33,682 nucleotides of DNA, taken from positions 1-33,682 of the IMG/VR virus record IMGVR_UViG_3300032332_001133, one strand, 5' to 3'. This DNA comes from a virus. Taxonomy: Duplodnaviria; Caudoviricetes. The first letter of the stretch is position 1; every line of letters starts with the position of its first letter. The notes under the pieces were generated by a model. That model made no database searches. It saw nothing but the letters and a program-made list of their open reading frames with translations, and was not told the origin of the DNA. This document shows positions 17,096 to 24,989 of this stretch, in pieces. A program made the translations under genes and the position numbers.

Positions 17096-17296
17096 ATGAA
17101 ACTTGAAATCGACCTAGAGCAACTTGAGGAACGTAAGGTCAAAGACAAGATCATTGCCTTCCGTATTCCAGAGCCAGAGTACAATGCTTTAAAAAGCTAT
17201 CATCCTAACCTGAGTAAGACCGTCAGGAACCTAGTTACTCAGTTCATTGCTGAACTCGTAAAGGAGAAGGGTAAATGGACCCGAAAAACCAAGTAG
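17096..17296 (+). CDS. Ribbon-helix-helix (CopG/Arc-like) DNA-binding protein (66 aa)
   Basis: GAGG RBS. KDKIIAFRIPEPEYNALK...NLSKTVRNLV matches the RHH strand-helix-helix pattern. Confidence 0.65.
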   Translation: MKLEIDLEQLEERKVKDKIIAFRIPEPEYNALKSYHPNLSKTVRNLVTQFIAELVKEKGKWTRKTK

Positions 17297-17300
17297 CCGT

Positions 17301-17780
17301 ATGGCTGTAGAATTGACGCCCGAATATATGGCCAATCGTGTTTTAGAGCGAAGTGCCCCAGAGCCAAACACTGGATGCTGGTTATGGGAGGGGGGAACTG
17401 GAAATTCTGGTTACGGGAAAATTAGAATAGGCCATAAAAAAGACTACACAGCTCACAGGCTGTCATTCATGGCGTTTAATGGCCCCATCCCTAGTGGACT
17501 ATGTGTACTTCATAAATGCGATGTCAGGATCTGCGTAAATCCGGAGCATCTTTTTCTCGGTACCAAAAAAGAAAACAGCCAAGACATGGTTCGAAAAGGA
17601 CGAAATCACAGCCCTCAATGGGCAAAAACCGCTTGTCCTAAAGGGCATAACTATTCAGGAGTTAATACATATGGCCGGCGAATATGTGCAATCTGTAACA
17701 AAGCGACAAGGGAACGTTATCACACCAGGATTAAGTTTCTCCGAGAAGGAAAAGTTAGCAGCAGCGATAGCAAAGTCTAA
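17301..17780 (+). CDS. HNH homing endonuclease (159 aa)
   Basis: GCWLWEG...GYG...AHRLSF...VLHKCDVRICVNPEHL..GTKKEN core and a C-terminal CPKGH...CAIC zinc ribbon. Confidence 0.92.
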   Translation: MAVELTPEYMANRVLERSAPEPNTGCWLWEGGTGNSGYGKIRIGHKKDYTAHRLSFMAFNGPIPSGLCVLHKCDVRICVNPEHLFLGTKKENSQDMVRKGRNHSPQWAKTACPKGHNYSGVNTYGRRICAICNKATRERYHTRIKFLREGKVSSSDSKV

Positions 17781-18489
17781 TCTTTTTGGAATGAAGACGC
17801 CGGAACAGGCTCTCGTTTTGATGGCTTTGTGCGAGGCTGAAGGCTTGCATCCAGTTATTGCGGTCCGCGATTTCCATGTAATCAATGGAAAACCAGCTCT
17901 CAAGGCTGATGCCATGCTAGCCCGCTTCCAACAGGCGGGAGGGAAGGTTCATTGGAATGATTATTCGGACGCCATTGTTTCAGGGACATTCTCTCACCCA
18001 GCAGGAGGCTCTGCGACGGTTGCATGGACCATCGCTCAAGCCAAAGCAGCAGGACTCACTGGAAAAGACGTCTGGAAGCAGTATCCTAGAGCAATGTTAC
18101 GCGCTCGGGTCATCTCAGAAGGCATTCGGACGGTTTACCCTGGAGTATCTGTCGGCGTTTATACTCCAGAGGAACTCCAAGACTTTGACTCAAAGCCAGT
18201 GGCTCAGGAAGTGAAGGCTGAGGTAAAGAATGTCGAACCTAAACTGGCTGCTCCTGCTATTCCTGTTTCTTCCGATCCTGCCAGCTCCGAAGACGACAGA
18301 GACCAAGCGTTTAAGGCTTTAACCAAGAGTCCTTGGAGTAGAGATGAGCTGGTCTCCTATTGCCAAGCGGCCTTTGGCGTTTCAGCATCTAAAGACCTGA
18401 CAACTAAACAGGTATGGGATCTTGCTCAAGTTAGCACTGCCATATCGTTTCAAAATGCAATGTTGGCCATAGAAGATGCAGTGCTCTAG
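17671..18489 (+). CDS. Phage single-strand annealing protein / recombinase (RecT/Rad52 superfamily-like, 272 aa)
   Basis: AGGAG RBS. Motifs FHVINGKPALKADAM and AKAAGL..KDVWKQYPRAMLRAR..SEGIRTVYP....GVYTPEE. Confidence 0.8.
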   Translation: MAGEYVQSVTKRQGNVITPGLSFSEKEKLAAAIAKSNLFGMKTPEQALVLMALCEAEGLHPVIAVRDFHVINGKPALKADAMLARFQQAGGKVHWNDYSDAIVSGTFSHPAGGSATVAWTIAQAKAAGLTGKDVWKQYPRAMLRARVISEGIRTVYPGVSVGVYTPEELQDFDSKPVAQEVKAEVKNVEPKLAAPAIPVSSDPASSEDDRDQAFKALTKSPWSRDELVSYCQAAFGVSASKDLTTKQVWDLAQVSTAISFQNAMLAIEDAVL

Positions 18490-18706
18490 TTGTCAAAAGT
18501 GTGGGGGGAATGGGTCTATGAGGGACCCAGTTCTATTTCGTTTAATCCAGTGTGTGGAATGTAAACATGACCAAACTAATGCAATGCCCGAACTGCGCAG
18601 TGATGGCTGCCTTTCGGAAGGCGATTATCGACCAGAAAGCCAAGAGGCCGCTGCCTCCAGAGAACAGATACTGCAACAGGTGCAAAGGCTCTGGAAAGGT
18701 CCTTGA
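18476..18706 (+). CDS. Zinc-finger hypothetical protein (76 aa)
   Basis: CQKCGGNG...CVEC. Overlaps the annealing-protein stop and, extensively, the next ORF. Confidence 0.45.
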   Translation: MQCSSCQKCGGNGSMRDPVLFRLIQCVECKHDQTNAMPELRSDGCLSEGDYRPESQEAAASREQILQQVQRLWKGP

Positions 18707-18830
18707 CGATCGGGACAAGACCAGACGCGAGAAGAAGCGCCGCAAGGACATGAGCGGTGAAGAGTGGGATGCTGAAGAGCGAGCTATGGAATGGGATCGC
18801 TACATCACCTTTGAGCGAAGGGATGAATAG
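18567..18830 (+). CDS. DnaJ-type zinc-finger hypothetical protein (87 aa)
   Basis: CPNC...CNRCKGSG; ATG 18567 taken as the start. Confidence 0.65.
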   Translation: MTKLMQCPNCAVMAAFRKAIIDQKAKRPLPPENRYCNRCKGSGKVLDDRDKTRREKKRRKDMSGEEWDAEERAMEWDRYITFERRDE

Positions 18831-18832
18831 TT

Positions 18833-18940
18833 ATGCGCATAACCAGCCTTGAGGCGTATAATTCCATTAAAGAACGTAAAGCAAAGGGAGTAGTTAAGGA
18901 AGCAGGACTACCCGTTGGTAAACTGGTGAAGAAAAAATGA
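18833..18940 (+). CDS. Small hypothetical protein (35 aa, MRITSLEAYNSIKERKAKGVVKEAG...)
   Basis: Manual translation. Starts 2 nt after the upstream stop and has an ATGA overlap with the next ORF. Confidence 0.5.
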   Translation: MRITSLEAYNSIKERKAKGVVKEAGLPVGKLVKKK

Positions 18941-19032
18941 GCGACCTGTCTTTGCCTGACTTCATGGGTCCGAACGATATGGCGTTGGAACTCAAAATGA
19001 TCGCCCGTGCCGCACTGGAGGGGAAGGAATAA
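18937..19032 (+). CDS. Small hypothetical protein (31 aa, MSDLSLPDF...IARAALEGKE)
   Basis: Manual translation. ATGA and TAATG coupling on both sides. Confidence 0.5.
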   Translation: MSDLSLPDFMGPNDMALELKMIARAALEGKE

Positions 19033-19268
19033 TGGATAAAACAATAGAAACTCAAGCCACGAATGTAACCCGTTTTATTGAGTGCGATCCTGATAAGCTC
19101 ATCGAGCTAGGGCATCGCTTAAAGCAAGCTGCGATGGAAACCTGCTACCCTGGACAGTCGGTAACAGCCTCGCTTACTCAAGAGATAACGCTGCTCTATA
19201 ATCCTGAGCGGGAATACTGTAAGCCATTACACCGTCTGGGCGACCAGGCGCCTAGGTTAGACGCATGA
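19032..19268 (+). CDS. Hypothetical protein (78 aa)
   Basis: Strong GGAGGGGAAGGA purine tract upstream; coupled start. Confidence 0.7.
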   Translation: MDKTIETQATNVTRFIECDPDKLIELGHRLKQAAMETCYPGQSVTASLTQEITLLYNPEREYCKPLHRLGDQAPRLDA

Positions 19269-19342
19269 TGGGATGGCTATGGGTTTTGGGGACCATAGTC
19301 TGTTTCATCTTTGTAAGAGGAGCTAATCGTTGTGACGATTAA
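19265..19342 (+). CDS. Small membrane peptide (25 aa, MMGWLWVLGTIVCFIFVRGANRCDD)
   Basis: Manual translation. ATGA coupling and a single hydrophobic helix. Confidence 0.45.
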   Translation: MMGWLWVLGTIVCFIFVRGANRCDD

Positions 19343-20159
19343 GGTAATATCCATCAGCGGAGGTAAAGATAGCACCGCCTTGTACCTTTGGGCGCTAAAA
19401 CAATGGGGAAAAGATGGTTTTAGAGCTGTGTTTGCTGATACCGGTCATGAGCATCCAGTCACCTATAATTACATCAGAAACCTGCATGAGTTTGCAAAAG
19501 GACCTGCTGTAGAGTGGGCAAAGGCTGACTTTTCCGAAAGACTTACAAAGCAGGGTCGTCCTGTCAGCGGAAAACCATTCCAGGACCTTATCGTCTGGAA
19601 AGGTCGAGCGCCGTCGTCTCAGGCTCAGTTTTGTACTGAGCATCTTAAGATGCTTCCGATTAAATCTTGGTTAGAATCCATACGTTCTGATTCTGACATT
19701 GTTGAGATGTATGTTGGTATTCGTGCCCAAGAAAGTAAGCGAAGAGCAGCAATGCCTGAGCATGAATACTCAGACTTTTATGACTGTGAGTTTTACAGGC
19801 CCTTATTGAAATGGGACGAGTCTCAAGTGTGGGATCTTTTAAAGGAAAATAACGTACCTCCTAATCCATTGTACCTTGAAGGTGGAGCGTCTCGGGTGGG
19901 TTGTTATCCATGCATTCATGCAAAAAAATCAGAACTAGCCGCGATGCCTGACTGGGCATGGGATCGACTTAAAGAATATGAGGTAGCAGTAGGGCGATCT
20001 TGGTTTCCTGCTGGTCTTGTCCCAGGGGTTTTTATCCCGACTATAGACGACGTAAAAGAATGGTCAAAGACTACAAGGGGCGGAAAGCAGCAGGATCTGT
20101 TTGCTCCTGATGCTAAAGACGTACCTAGCTGCATGAGTACATGGGGGGTTTGTGAATGA
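19332..20159 (+). CDS. Phosphoadenosine-phosphosulfate (PAPS) reductase family protein (275 aa)
   Basis: PP-loop SGGKDS, FADTG, FCTEHLK, GIRAQESKRR and RVGCYPC motifs; GAGGAG RBS. Confidence 0.92.
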   Translation: MTIKVISISGGKDSTALYLWALKQWGKDGFRAVFADTGHEHPVTYNYIRNLHEFAKGPAVEWAKADFSERLTKQGRPVSGKPFQDLIVWKGRAPSSQAQFCTEHLKMLPIKSWLESIRSDSDIVEMYVGIRAQESKRRAAMPEHEYSDFYDCEFYRPLLKWDESQVWDLLKENNVPPNPLYLEGGASRVGCYPCIHAKKSELAAMPDWAWDRLKEYEVAVGRSWFPAGLVPGVFIPTIDDVKEWSKTTRGGKQQDLFAPDAKDVPSCMSTWGVCE

Positions 20160-20437
20160 CAGATAAACATCATGAGGTACTGCGCACAGCGCCTCTTTAT
20201 TTCGGACATCAAAGCCAGCTATCGAAGGCTATTGAAGAGTTAGCAGAGCTGCAGCTTATTCTAGCTCGCTATAACCATGAGCCTGCTAGGTATCTCAGTC
20301 CTGAGCCTATCGTGGATGAGATCGCAGACGTAGCTATTATGACGCATCAGCTAGCCTGTATGTTTGGGTATGGAGCCGTTGCAGAACGAATTGACTTCAA
20401 GGTTGAACGGCTTAAAAAACTAATCGATAATTCTTAA
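20156..20437 (+). CDS. MazG-like nucleotide pyrophosphohydrolase (93 aa)
   Basis: KAIEELAEL...IVDEIADV (EExxE / ExxD all-alpha NTP-PPase signature). Confidence 0.8.
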   Translation: MTDKHHEVLRTAPLYFGHQSQLSKAIEELAELQLILARYNHEPARYLSPEPIVDEIADVAIMTHQLACMFGYGAVAERIDFKVERLKKLIDNS

Positions 20438-20454
20438 TCATTCCGGGGGGAATC

Positions 20455-20613
20455 ATGCCACTTATCAAGTCTAAGTCTAAAGAAGCCGTATCTGAAAACA
20501 TCTCAGAGCTGGTTAAGTCTGGGAGGCCTCAAAAGCAGGCTATCGCTATTGCGCTTGCTACTAAGAAAGAAGCTCAGCGCAAATGGAAGGAAAAGCGGAA
20601 GCCTCAAAAATGA
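20455..20613 (+). CDS. Small basic phage protein (52 aa, [34 protein letters not shown]...)
   Basis: Not in the ORF track. GGGGGG RBS. Matches a pattern I recognise from many phage hypothetical proteins (MPLxK...NI.....G.P.KQA.AIAL). Confidence 0.8.
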   Translation: MPLIKSKSKEAVSENISELVKSGRPQKQAIAIALATKKEAQRKWKEKRKPQK

Positions 20614-20807
20614 CTGCCAGTGAAATGATCTGTCTAGGTTGTGAGAAGGTTGTAAACCTAAACTCTATGGGGCTTTGCATTCCCTGCAGAACCTCAACCT
20701 GTAAGAAGTGCGGTAAAGAGTTCAAGTTTAGCAAAGATCGGTCTGACCACTGTTCTCAGTGCCGGTTAAAACGTCGAAAGCAGCTATCACGTCATCAAGA
20801 CTTCTAG
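20610..20807 (+). CDS. Cys-rich zinc-finger protein (65 aa)
   Basis: Four CxxC pairs; ATGA coupling at 20610. Confidence 0.65.
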   Translation: MTASEMICLGCEKVVNLNSMGLCIPCRTSTCKKCGKEFKFSKDRSDHCSQCRLKRRKQLSRHQDF

Positions 20808-21174
20808 CGACTAGGCAAATGGCTCCAAGCTTACTCATCTCCGTCAGGAACTGAGTCTGCTCTGGGCTAAGCCGTCCCTTGGCGCTTTTCACTTCAATGC
20901 AAAGCATCTTCCCAGACCAGATGCCTAAAATGTCCGAAGTACCCTTCTGGGAGAAACGGTCATTTGATCTACGGAAGGTTTTCCTGACTGGATCATAAGT
21001 CCCCATCGACTTATTCTTCCAAGCCTTGCACTTCGGCTGGTAGTTCAGCCAGGCCAAGATAGAACGCTCAATTTCGCGTTCTGATGGAGTCAATTTTGTT
21101 TTCGATGCGCTCAAGGCGTCTTTCGATTTGAGTCTGGCGCTCACGGCTGATTTCCTTTGTTTCAAAGGTTTCAT
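20728..21174 (-). CDS. VRR-NUC domain nuclease; true start probably a TTG near 21093-21114
   Basis: EREIERSI...GTSDILG...CIEVKSAKGRLSPEQ..FL...G....VARSLDD, a PD-(D/E)xK VRR-NUC signature. Confidence 0.88.
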   Translation of the reverse strand: MKPLKQRKSAVSARLKSKDALSASKTKLTPSEREIERSILAWLNYQPKCKAWKNKSMGTYDPVRKTFRRSNDRFSQKGTSDILGIWSGKMLCIEVKSAKGRLSPEQTQFLTEMSKLGAICLVARSLDDVIAAFDVLTGTENSGQTDLC

Positions 21175-21265
21175 AACTCCATGAGACTAATGCCATAGCA
21201 GAAGCGATCAAAGCACTAATTCCACCAAGCCATGGTCCTAGTAGCTTTATGAATTCATCATTCAT
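21068..21265 (-). CDS. Small membrane protein with coiled-coil tail, holin/antiholin candidate (65 aa)
   Basis: One transmembrane helix, then ERRLERIENKIDSI. ATGA-coupled to the lipoprotein gene. Confidence 0.6.
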   Translation of the reverse strand: MNDEFIKLLGPWLGGISALIASAMALVSWSYETFETKEISRERQTQIERRLERIENKIDSIRTRN

Positions 21266-21513
21266 TTGTGGCACCGCTCCTTTACATACGTTACCAGAGC
21301 CTGCCAGTCGTCAACAGTTAGACATGCATAATTAGTTTCAGGCGGGATATCAGAAAACGGAAGACTGAACTTGCTTCCATCTGCACGCCCACACTCCAAA
21401 GTCTGAGCATTCACGTCAAGAAAGCAGACCGTTACTTCTGGTCCGTCCTTCTTGCAGCCGCTAACTACTAGGCTACAGACGACGAATAAGCTGAGATATT
21501 TGCACAGCGGCAT
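21262..21513 (-). CDS. Outer-membrane lipoprotein, o-spanin (Rz1-like) candidate (83 aa)
   Basis: From ATG 21513: MPLCKYLSLFVVCSLVVSG|C signal peptide with lipobox, plus further Cys residues. Overlaps the 3' end of the upstream gene. Confidence 0.65.
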   Translation of the reverse strand: MPLCKYLSLFVVCSLVVSGCKKDGPEVTVCFLDVNAQTLECGRADGSKFSLPFSDIPPETNYACLTVDDWQALVTYVKERCHK

Positions 21514-21694
21514 CTCTGCGCTCCGTTGGTGTTTTGGCTTCACGGGCCTTCTTGAATGTTTCGGCTGCATCCAGTAGGAAGGTGGCTGGATCATCGCCAA
21601 AAGTAGATTTCATCCATGATGCTATCTCGGTCATGAGGCTGACCATCGCGGGGATAGCTTTGAGAAGGGCTAGCAGGCCCGTGAAGAATTGCAT
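21473..21694 (-). CDS. i-spanin (Rz-like) candidate (73 aa)
   Basis: Hydrophobic N-terminus and helical C-terminus; lies in the lysis cassette and overlaps the lipoprotein gene. Confidence 0.5.
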   Translation of the reverse strand: MQFFTGLLALLKAIPAMVSLMTEIASWMKSTFGDDPATFLLDAAETFKKAREAKTPTERRDAAVQISQLIRRL

Positions 21695-21697
21695 GGT

Positions 21698-21874
21698 TTA
21701 CTTCTTTGAAAACTTTTTCAAGAATTCAACCACACCTTGAAGCGCTTTTTCTGGCTGCTCACCAGGAATCAGGAGCGCTACAGCCGTCAGGCCAGAGAGC
21801 AAGGCGACCACTGCAGAGATAATCTCAGGGCCTTTTTCAATAATCATCTTCACTACTTCGATAACTTTTTCCAT
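21698..21874 (-). CDS. Holin candidate (58 aa, MEKVIEVVKMIIEKGPEIISAVVALLSGLTAVALLIPGEQPEKALQGVVEFLKKFSKK)
   Basis: Not in the ORF track. TAATG overlap with the endolysin stop; transmembrane helix and basic C-terminus. Confidence 0.65.
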   Translation of the reverse strand: MEKVIEVVKMIIEKGPEIISAVVALLSGLTAVALLIPGEQPEKALQGVVEFLKKFSKK

Positions 21875-22380
21875 TAAGCCTTCCCCCTCTGAGCAAGATC
21901 AATAGCCGATAGGTAAAGATTCACTTTATCCACATAAGCCTGATTCTTATACGCACCATTCAGCCCCTTAATCGGGCTTCCGGCATTGTATGATGCTATA
22001 ATATCGTCGCGCTCTTTATGCTTTGAAGCAAGGCGCTTCAGTAGTTTGGCACAATACTCAAGGTTCGTTTTCTCATCTAAAAGCTGAAACATTGGCCCTT
22101 TAAGGCCAAGCTCGCGAGCTACCGCGCCCATAATCTGACAAAGCCCGTAGCTAGTCATCTGCAACACGGTCTCGGTAGCTTCGGTCACTCCATTGTCTTT
22201 TGCATGATCTTTAGTTTTAAAGAGCCATTTATAGTGAGCCTCAAAACGAACAGCCCATTTATTGTTTGAGCTTTCAGTTTGCACGATTGCAGCGAGTAGG
22301 TTCTTAGGGACATTCTCTGCGTCTGCTACGTCTTCAATGAGCTGCCAAGGAAGCCTCATGACCCATGCGTTTTGGTTCAT
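21874..22380 (-). CDS. Lytic transglycosylase (SLT domain) endolysin (168 aa)
   Basis: LLAAIVQTESS (catalytic ES), SYGLCQIM and ASYNAG motifs. Confidence 0.92.
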   Translation of the reverse strand: MNQNAWVMRLPWQLIEDVADAENVPKNLLAAIVQTESSNNKWAVRFEAHYKWLFKTKDHAKDNGVTEATETVLQMTSYGLCQIMGAVARELGLKGPMFQLLDEKTNLEYCAKLLKRLASKHKERDDIIASYNAGSPIKGLNGAYKNQAYVDKVNLYLSAIDLAQRGKA

Positions 22381-24989
22381 TGCTTCCCTCTAGTTTCTAA
22401 CGCTTTTAGAACGTCTGGACGATCAACTTTAAGATCATCCTTCTTAGGCGTTTCAAAAAGCATTGGAGCCTTTGGCTTTTGACCAAGCATAACAGCAGCT
22501 AAGTCTCCAGACTCAACCGGCTTGTTACTCTGGATAGCCTTCATCATTTTAGCCTTCTTAAGGCTGCTTAAGGAGCTATCCATCACGTCTTGTTTAACGG
22601 ACTCTACCTGATCCGGCTGGATAACGATCTGCTCATTGGAAACAGCAGGAATCGTCCTGATGAAGTCGTTCTTCATTTGGTTAATGATTTCAACTGGCAT
22701 TCCAGCAAAGGCTGCCTCAAGTTTCTGAACTGTAGGCATTCCTTGAACCTTCAAGTAACCATCCAGAATCTTTTGAGTCATGGCAGGGCCAAAGCGGTCA
22801 ACCATACCCCCGAACCCACCGCCAAGACCTGCAATGACCAAAGATGAAGTAGGATCGCCAGTCAGGGCATAAACCGCCGCTCCAGCTCCGAGACCCCAAA
22901 GGTTCACGTTTCTTGAGCCAATGCGAAACTCTTTTTGGAACTCTTGAGCAAGCTTGAGATCGCTAATCATCTGAACGAAGTCTTCGCCGCTGAGCTTAGT
23001 CATATTTTGCAGGAACTTCATGTACTCAGGATTCTTACCGCTTACAGCCGTGCGAATTGCACTAATGTTGCTAAGTGGTCTCGCAAATGGCCCGACGTCT
23101 TTAATCTTCTGCTGCGCCGCCTGAACTATTTGCTGAGTCTGAGCTACTTTTTGCTGAGCTTTCATAACCGCCATAGCTTCAGGGCTACCTGTTTCTACTT
23201 TACCCAAAGCCTGCTGGAGAGCGCCCGGACGCTTCATTCTGGCCATTTGCATCTCAGCCTTTCTCAGTGCTTCTGCCTCTGGACCCATTGCTAAGGCTGC
23301 TTCTGCAGCTCCAGGCAAAGCCATTTTAGAGCCAGCTTGAATAGTCTGGACTTGTTTTTCAAAAGGCCTTCCCACACGGGTTCCAAGTTCCAAAAGCACT
23401 GCACGATCCAAGTCTCTTGCTGGAAGATCAATCCTAGCAATCTTAGGCGCTGCCCTTTCCACGTTCCCGAAAAGCTTATTAGCTCTCCCTAAAAGGTCTG
23501 TATCGGTAGCGACCTCATCCATGACAGCCGCATATTCAGGGATGCTTTTGAGCTGCTCATCGAAGGCTCTACGGATAGACCGAAGCGCACGCTGCTCAGA
23601 ATCGGTGAATTCGCCAGCGTCAGTAGCCGCTCTCCAGTCTTGATCGAGCTGCTGAATCTTCTTCTTAGCATCAGAGGCACTGAGCGGGCCTTTGTACTGC
23701 TTCAGGTCATCAATATAGCTTTGAATTTTGGTGTAAGCAGCAGCAGAGGCTCCGGCTTTAGGGGCTTTTCCCTGAACTTTAAGCTCATTTAAGGCCTCTT
23801 TTGCAGCAGCAATCGCGGGCTTTGCCTGAACTGTTTTTCCAGACTTGAGCAGTATTTCATAACTCTTCTTAGAGCCTTGAACTACCTTCTCTTTCAGGTC
23901 CGTAACCGCTTGAACAGCGTCATCCCGCAAAGCAGCTTTACCGCCAGTCATTGCGGCTTCAGTAGATTGTTTAGAAAACTTTACAGCTTCATTGAACTTA
24001 GTTTGAGCCTTAGCCAGCGTTTCTCGAACGTTAAACTTAGCCGTGTTGAACTCATCAGAACGCTTGGATACTTCTTCTTTAAGAGCAGTCTTTGCTGCAT
24101 CAAGTGCTGTCTGAGCCTGTTTAGCCGAGACTTCTCCGGCTTCTACCGCCTTAGTCAGCTCATCTACCTGAGAGTCAATAATGTCCTTAATAGCCTCTGG
24201 AGACTTGGCTCTTATCAGGGCTTGAGGGTCTTTTAGGTATTTCTCAATAGCGCCTTCGTTCACTCCACCCAAAGCAGAGAGAACTTTTTTGGCACCGCCT
24301 GGAGCAGCTTTAATGCCACTAACCAGCGCCTGAGCGCCTCCGCCTAACAAGCCCCCGAACTTTGCAGCGCCAGCAATGTTTAACTCTTCAGGAGTCATAA
24401 CACCCGTAGGGACCTGAGCAGCCCCCTTAACAGCTTCAGCTCCACCAGCAGAGATAGCTCCGCGAGCAATGGCCTGACCGATAGCAGTAGGAACCTTAGC
24501 TGCAGCAGCTCCAGCAACAGCTTCAACCGCTCTAGGAGCCGCCGTCAAAACTTTGCCAGCCGTGCCGAGTTTACCAGCAGCAGCCAATCCGCCAGAGGCG
24601 AGACCCCCAAGAACAGCCCCCCCAATTTCAGCGGGAAGCGCTACTTCTGGAAGCTCAGCTTCAAGGCGTCTTCTTCGAGAAATATCCTTTTCATATTCCT
24701 GCTTAATCGCTTCTTTACTGACGGCCTGCTTTGCAAACTCACCGATGCTTTCAGCGTCAAAACCAGCGTCAATAAGGTTACCGACTACAGCGTTAATCCC
24801 GCTGAAGACTGGCTCTGACAAGCCTCCGGTAATCCCCTCAACTGCAGAGCGTCCGCCCGTCTCGATCTTTTCTGCCAGTGATGGCCCTTTTTCTACAGCT
24901 GCTACTTCAAAGGGTTGAGAGGGGTCAAAAGCTGGCTTAGCTTTGACTTCTTCAAAAGGCATATTTGGATCAAAAACAGGCTTAGCCAT
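22377..24989 (-). CDS. Large internal virion / DNA ejection protein (870 aa)
   Basis: Ala/Gly/Lys-rich and helical, with hydrophobic segments and a doubled N-terminal FDPxxPFE motif. Last of three large genes after the nozzle. Confidence 0.7.
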   Translation of the reverse strand: MAKPVFDPNMPFEEVKAKPAFDPSQPFEVAAVEKGPSLAEKIETGGRSAVEGITGGLSEPVFSGINAVVGNLIDAGFDAESIGEFAKQAVSKEAIKQEYEKDISRRRRLEAELPEVALPAEIGGAVLGGLASGGLAAAGKLGTAGKVLTAAPRAVEAVAGAAAAKVPTAIGQAIARGAISAGGAEAVKGAAQVPTGVMTPEELNIAGAAKFGGLLGGGAQALVSGIKAAPGGAKKVLSALGGVNEGAIEKYLKDPQALIRAKSPEAIKDIIDSQVDELTKAVEAGEVSAKQAQTALDAAKTALKEEVSKRSDEFNTAKFNVRETLAKAQTKFNEAVKFSKQSTEAAMTGGKAALRDDAVQAVTDLKEKVVQGSKKSYEILLKSGKTVQAKPAIAAAKEALNELKVQGKAPKAGASAAAYTKIQSYIDDLKQYKGPLSASDAKKKIQQLDQDWRAATDAGEFTDSEQRALRSIRRAFDEQLKSIPEYAAVMDEVATDTDLLGRANKLFGNVERAAPKIARIDLPARDLDRAVLLELGTRVGRPFEKQVQTIQAGSKMALPGAAEAALAMGPEAEALRKAEMQMARMKRPGALQQALGKVETGSPEAMAVMKAQQKVAQTQQIVQAAQQKIKDVGPFARPLSNISAIRTAVSGKNPEYMKFLQNMTKLSGEDFVQMISDLKLAQEFQKEFRIGSRNVNLWGLGAGAAVYALTGDPTSSLVIAGLGGGFGGMVDRFGPAMTQKILDGYLKVQGMPTVQKLEAAFAGMPVEIINQMKNDFIRTIPAVSNEQIVIQPDQVESVKQDVMDSSLSSLKKAKMMKAIQSNKPVESGDLAAVMLGQKPKAPMLFETPKKDDLKVDRPDVLKALETRGKQ

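Noticed and set aside
17301-17717. Group I intron or ribosomal bypass as the explanation for the HNH insertion
   Set aside because: The segment is entirely coding, leaving no room for a catalytic core. A U|...G| splice at the CGT repeats would shift the frame. I found no suitable landing codon for a bypass, and the recombinase has its own RBS and ATG.
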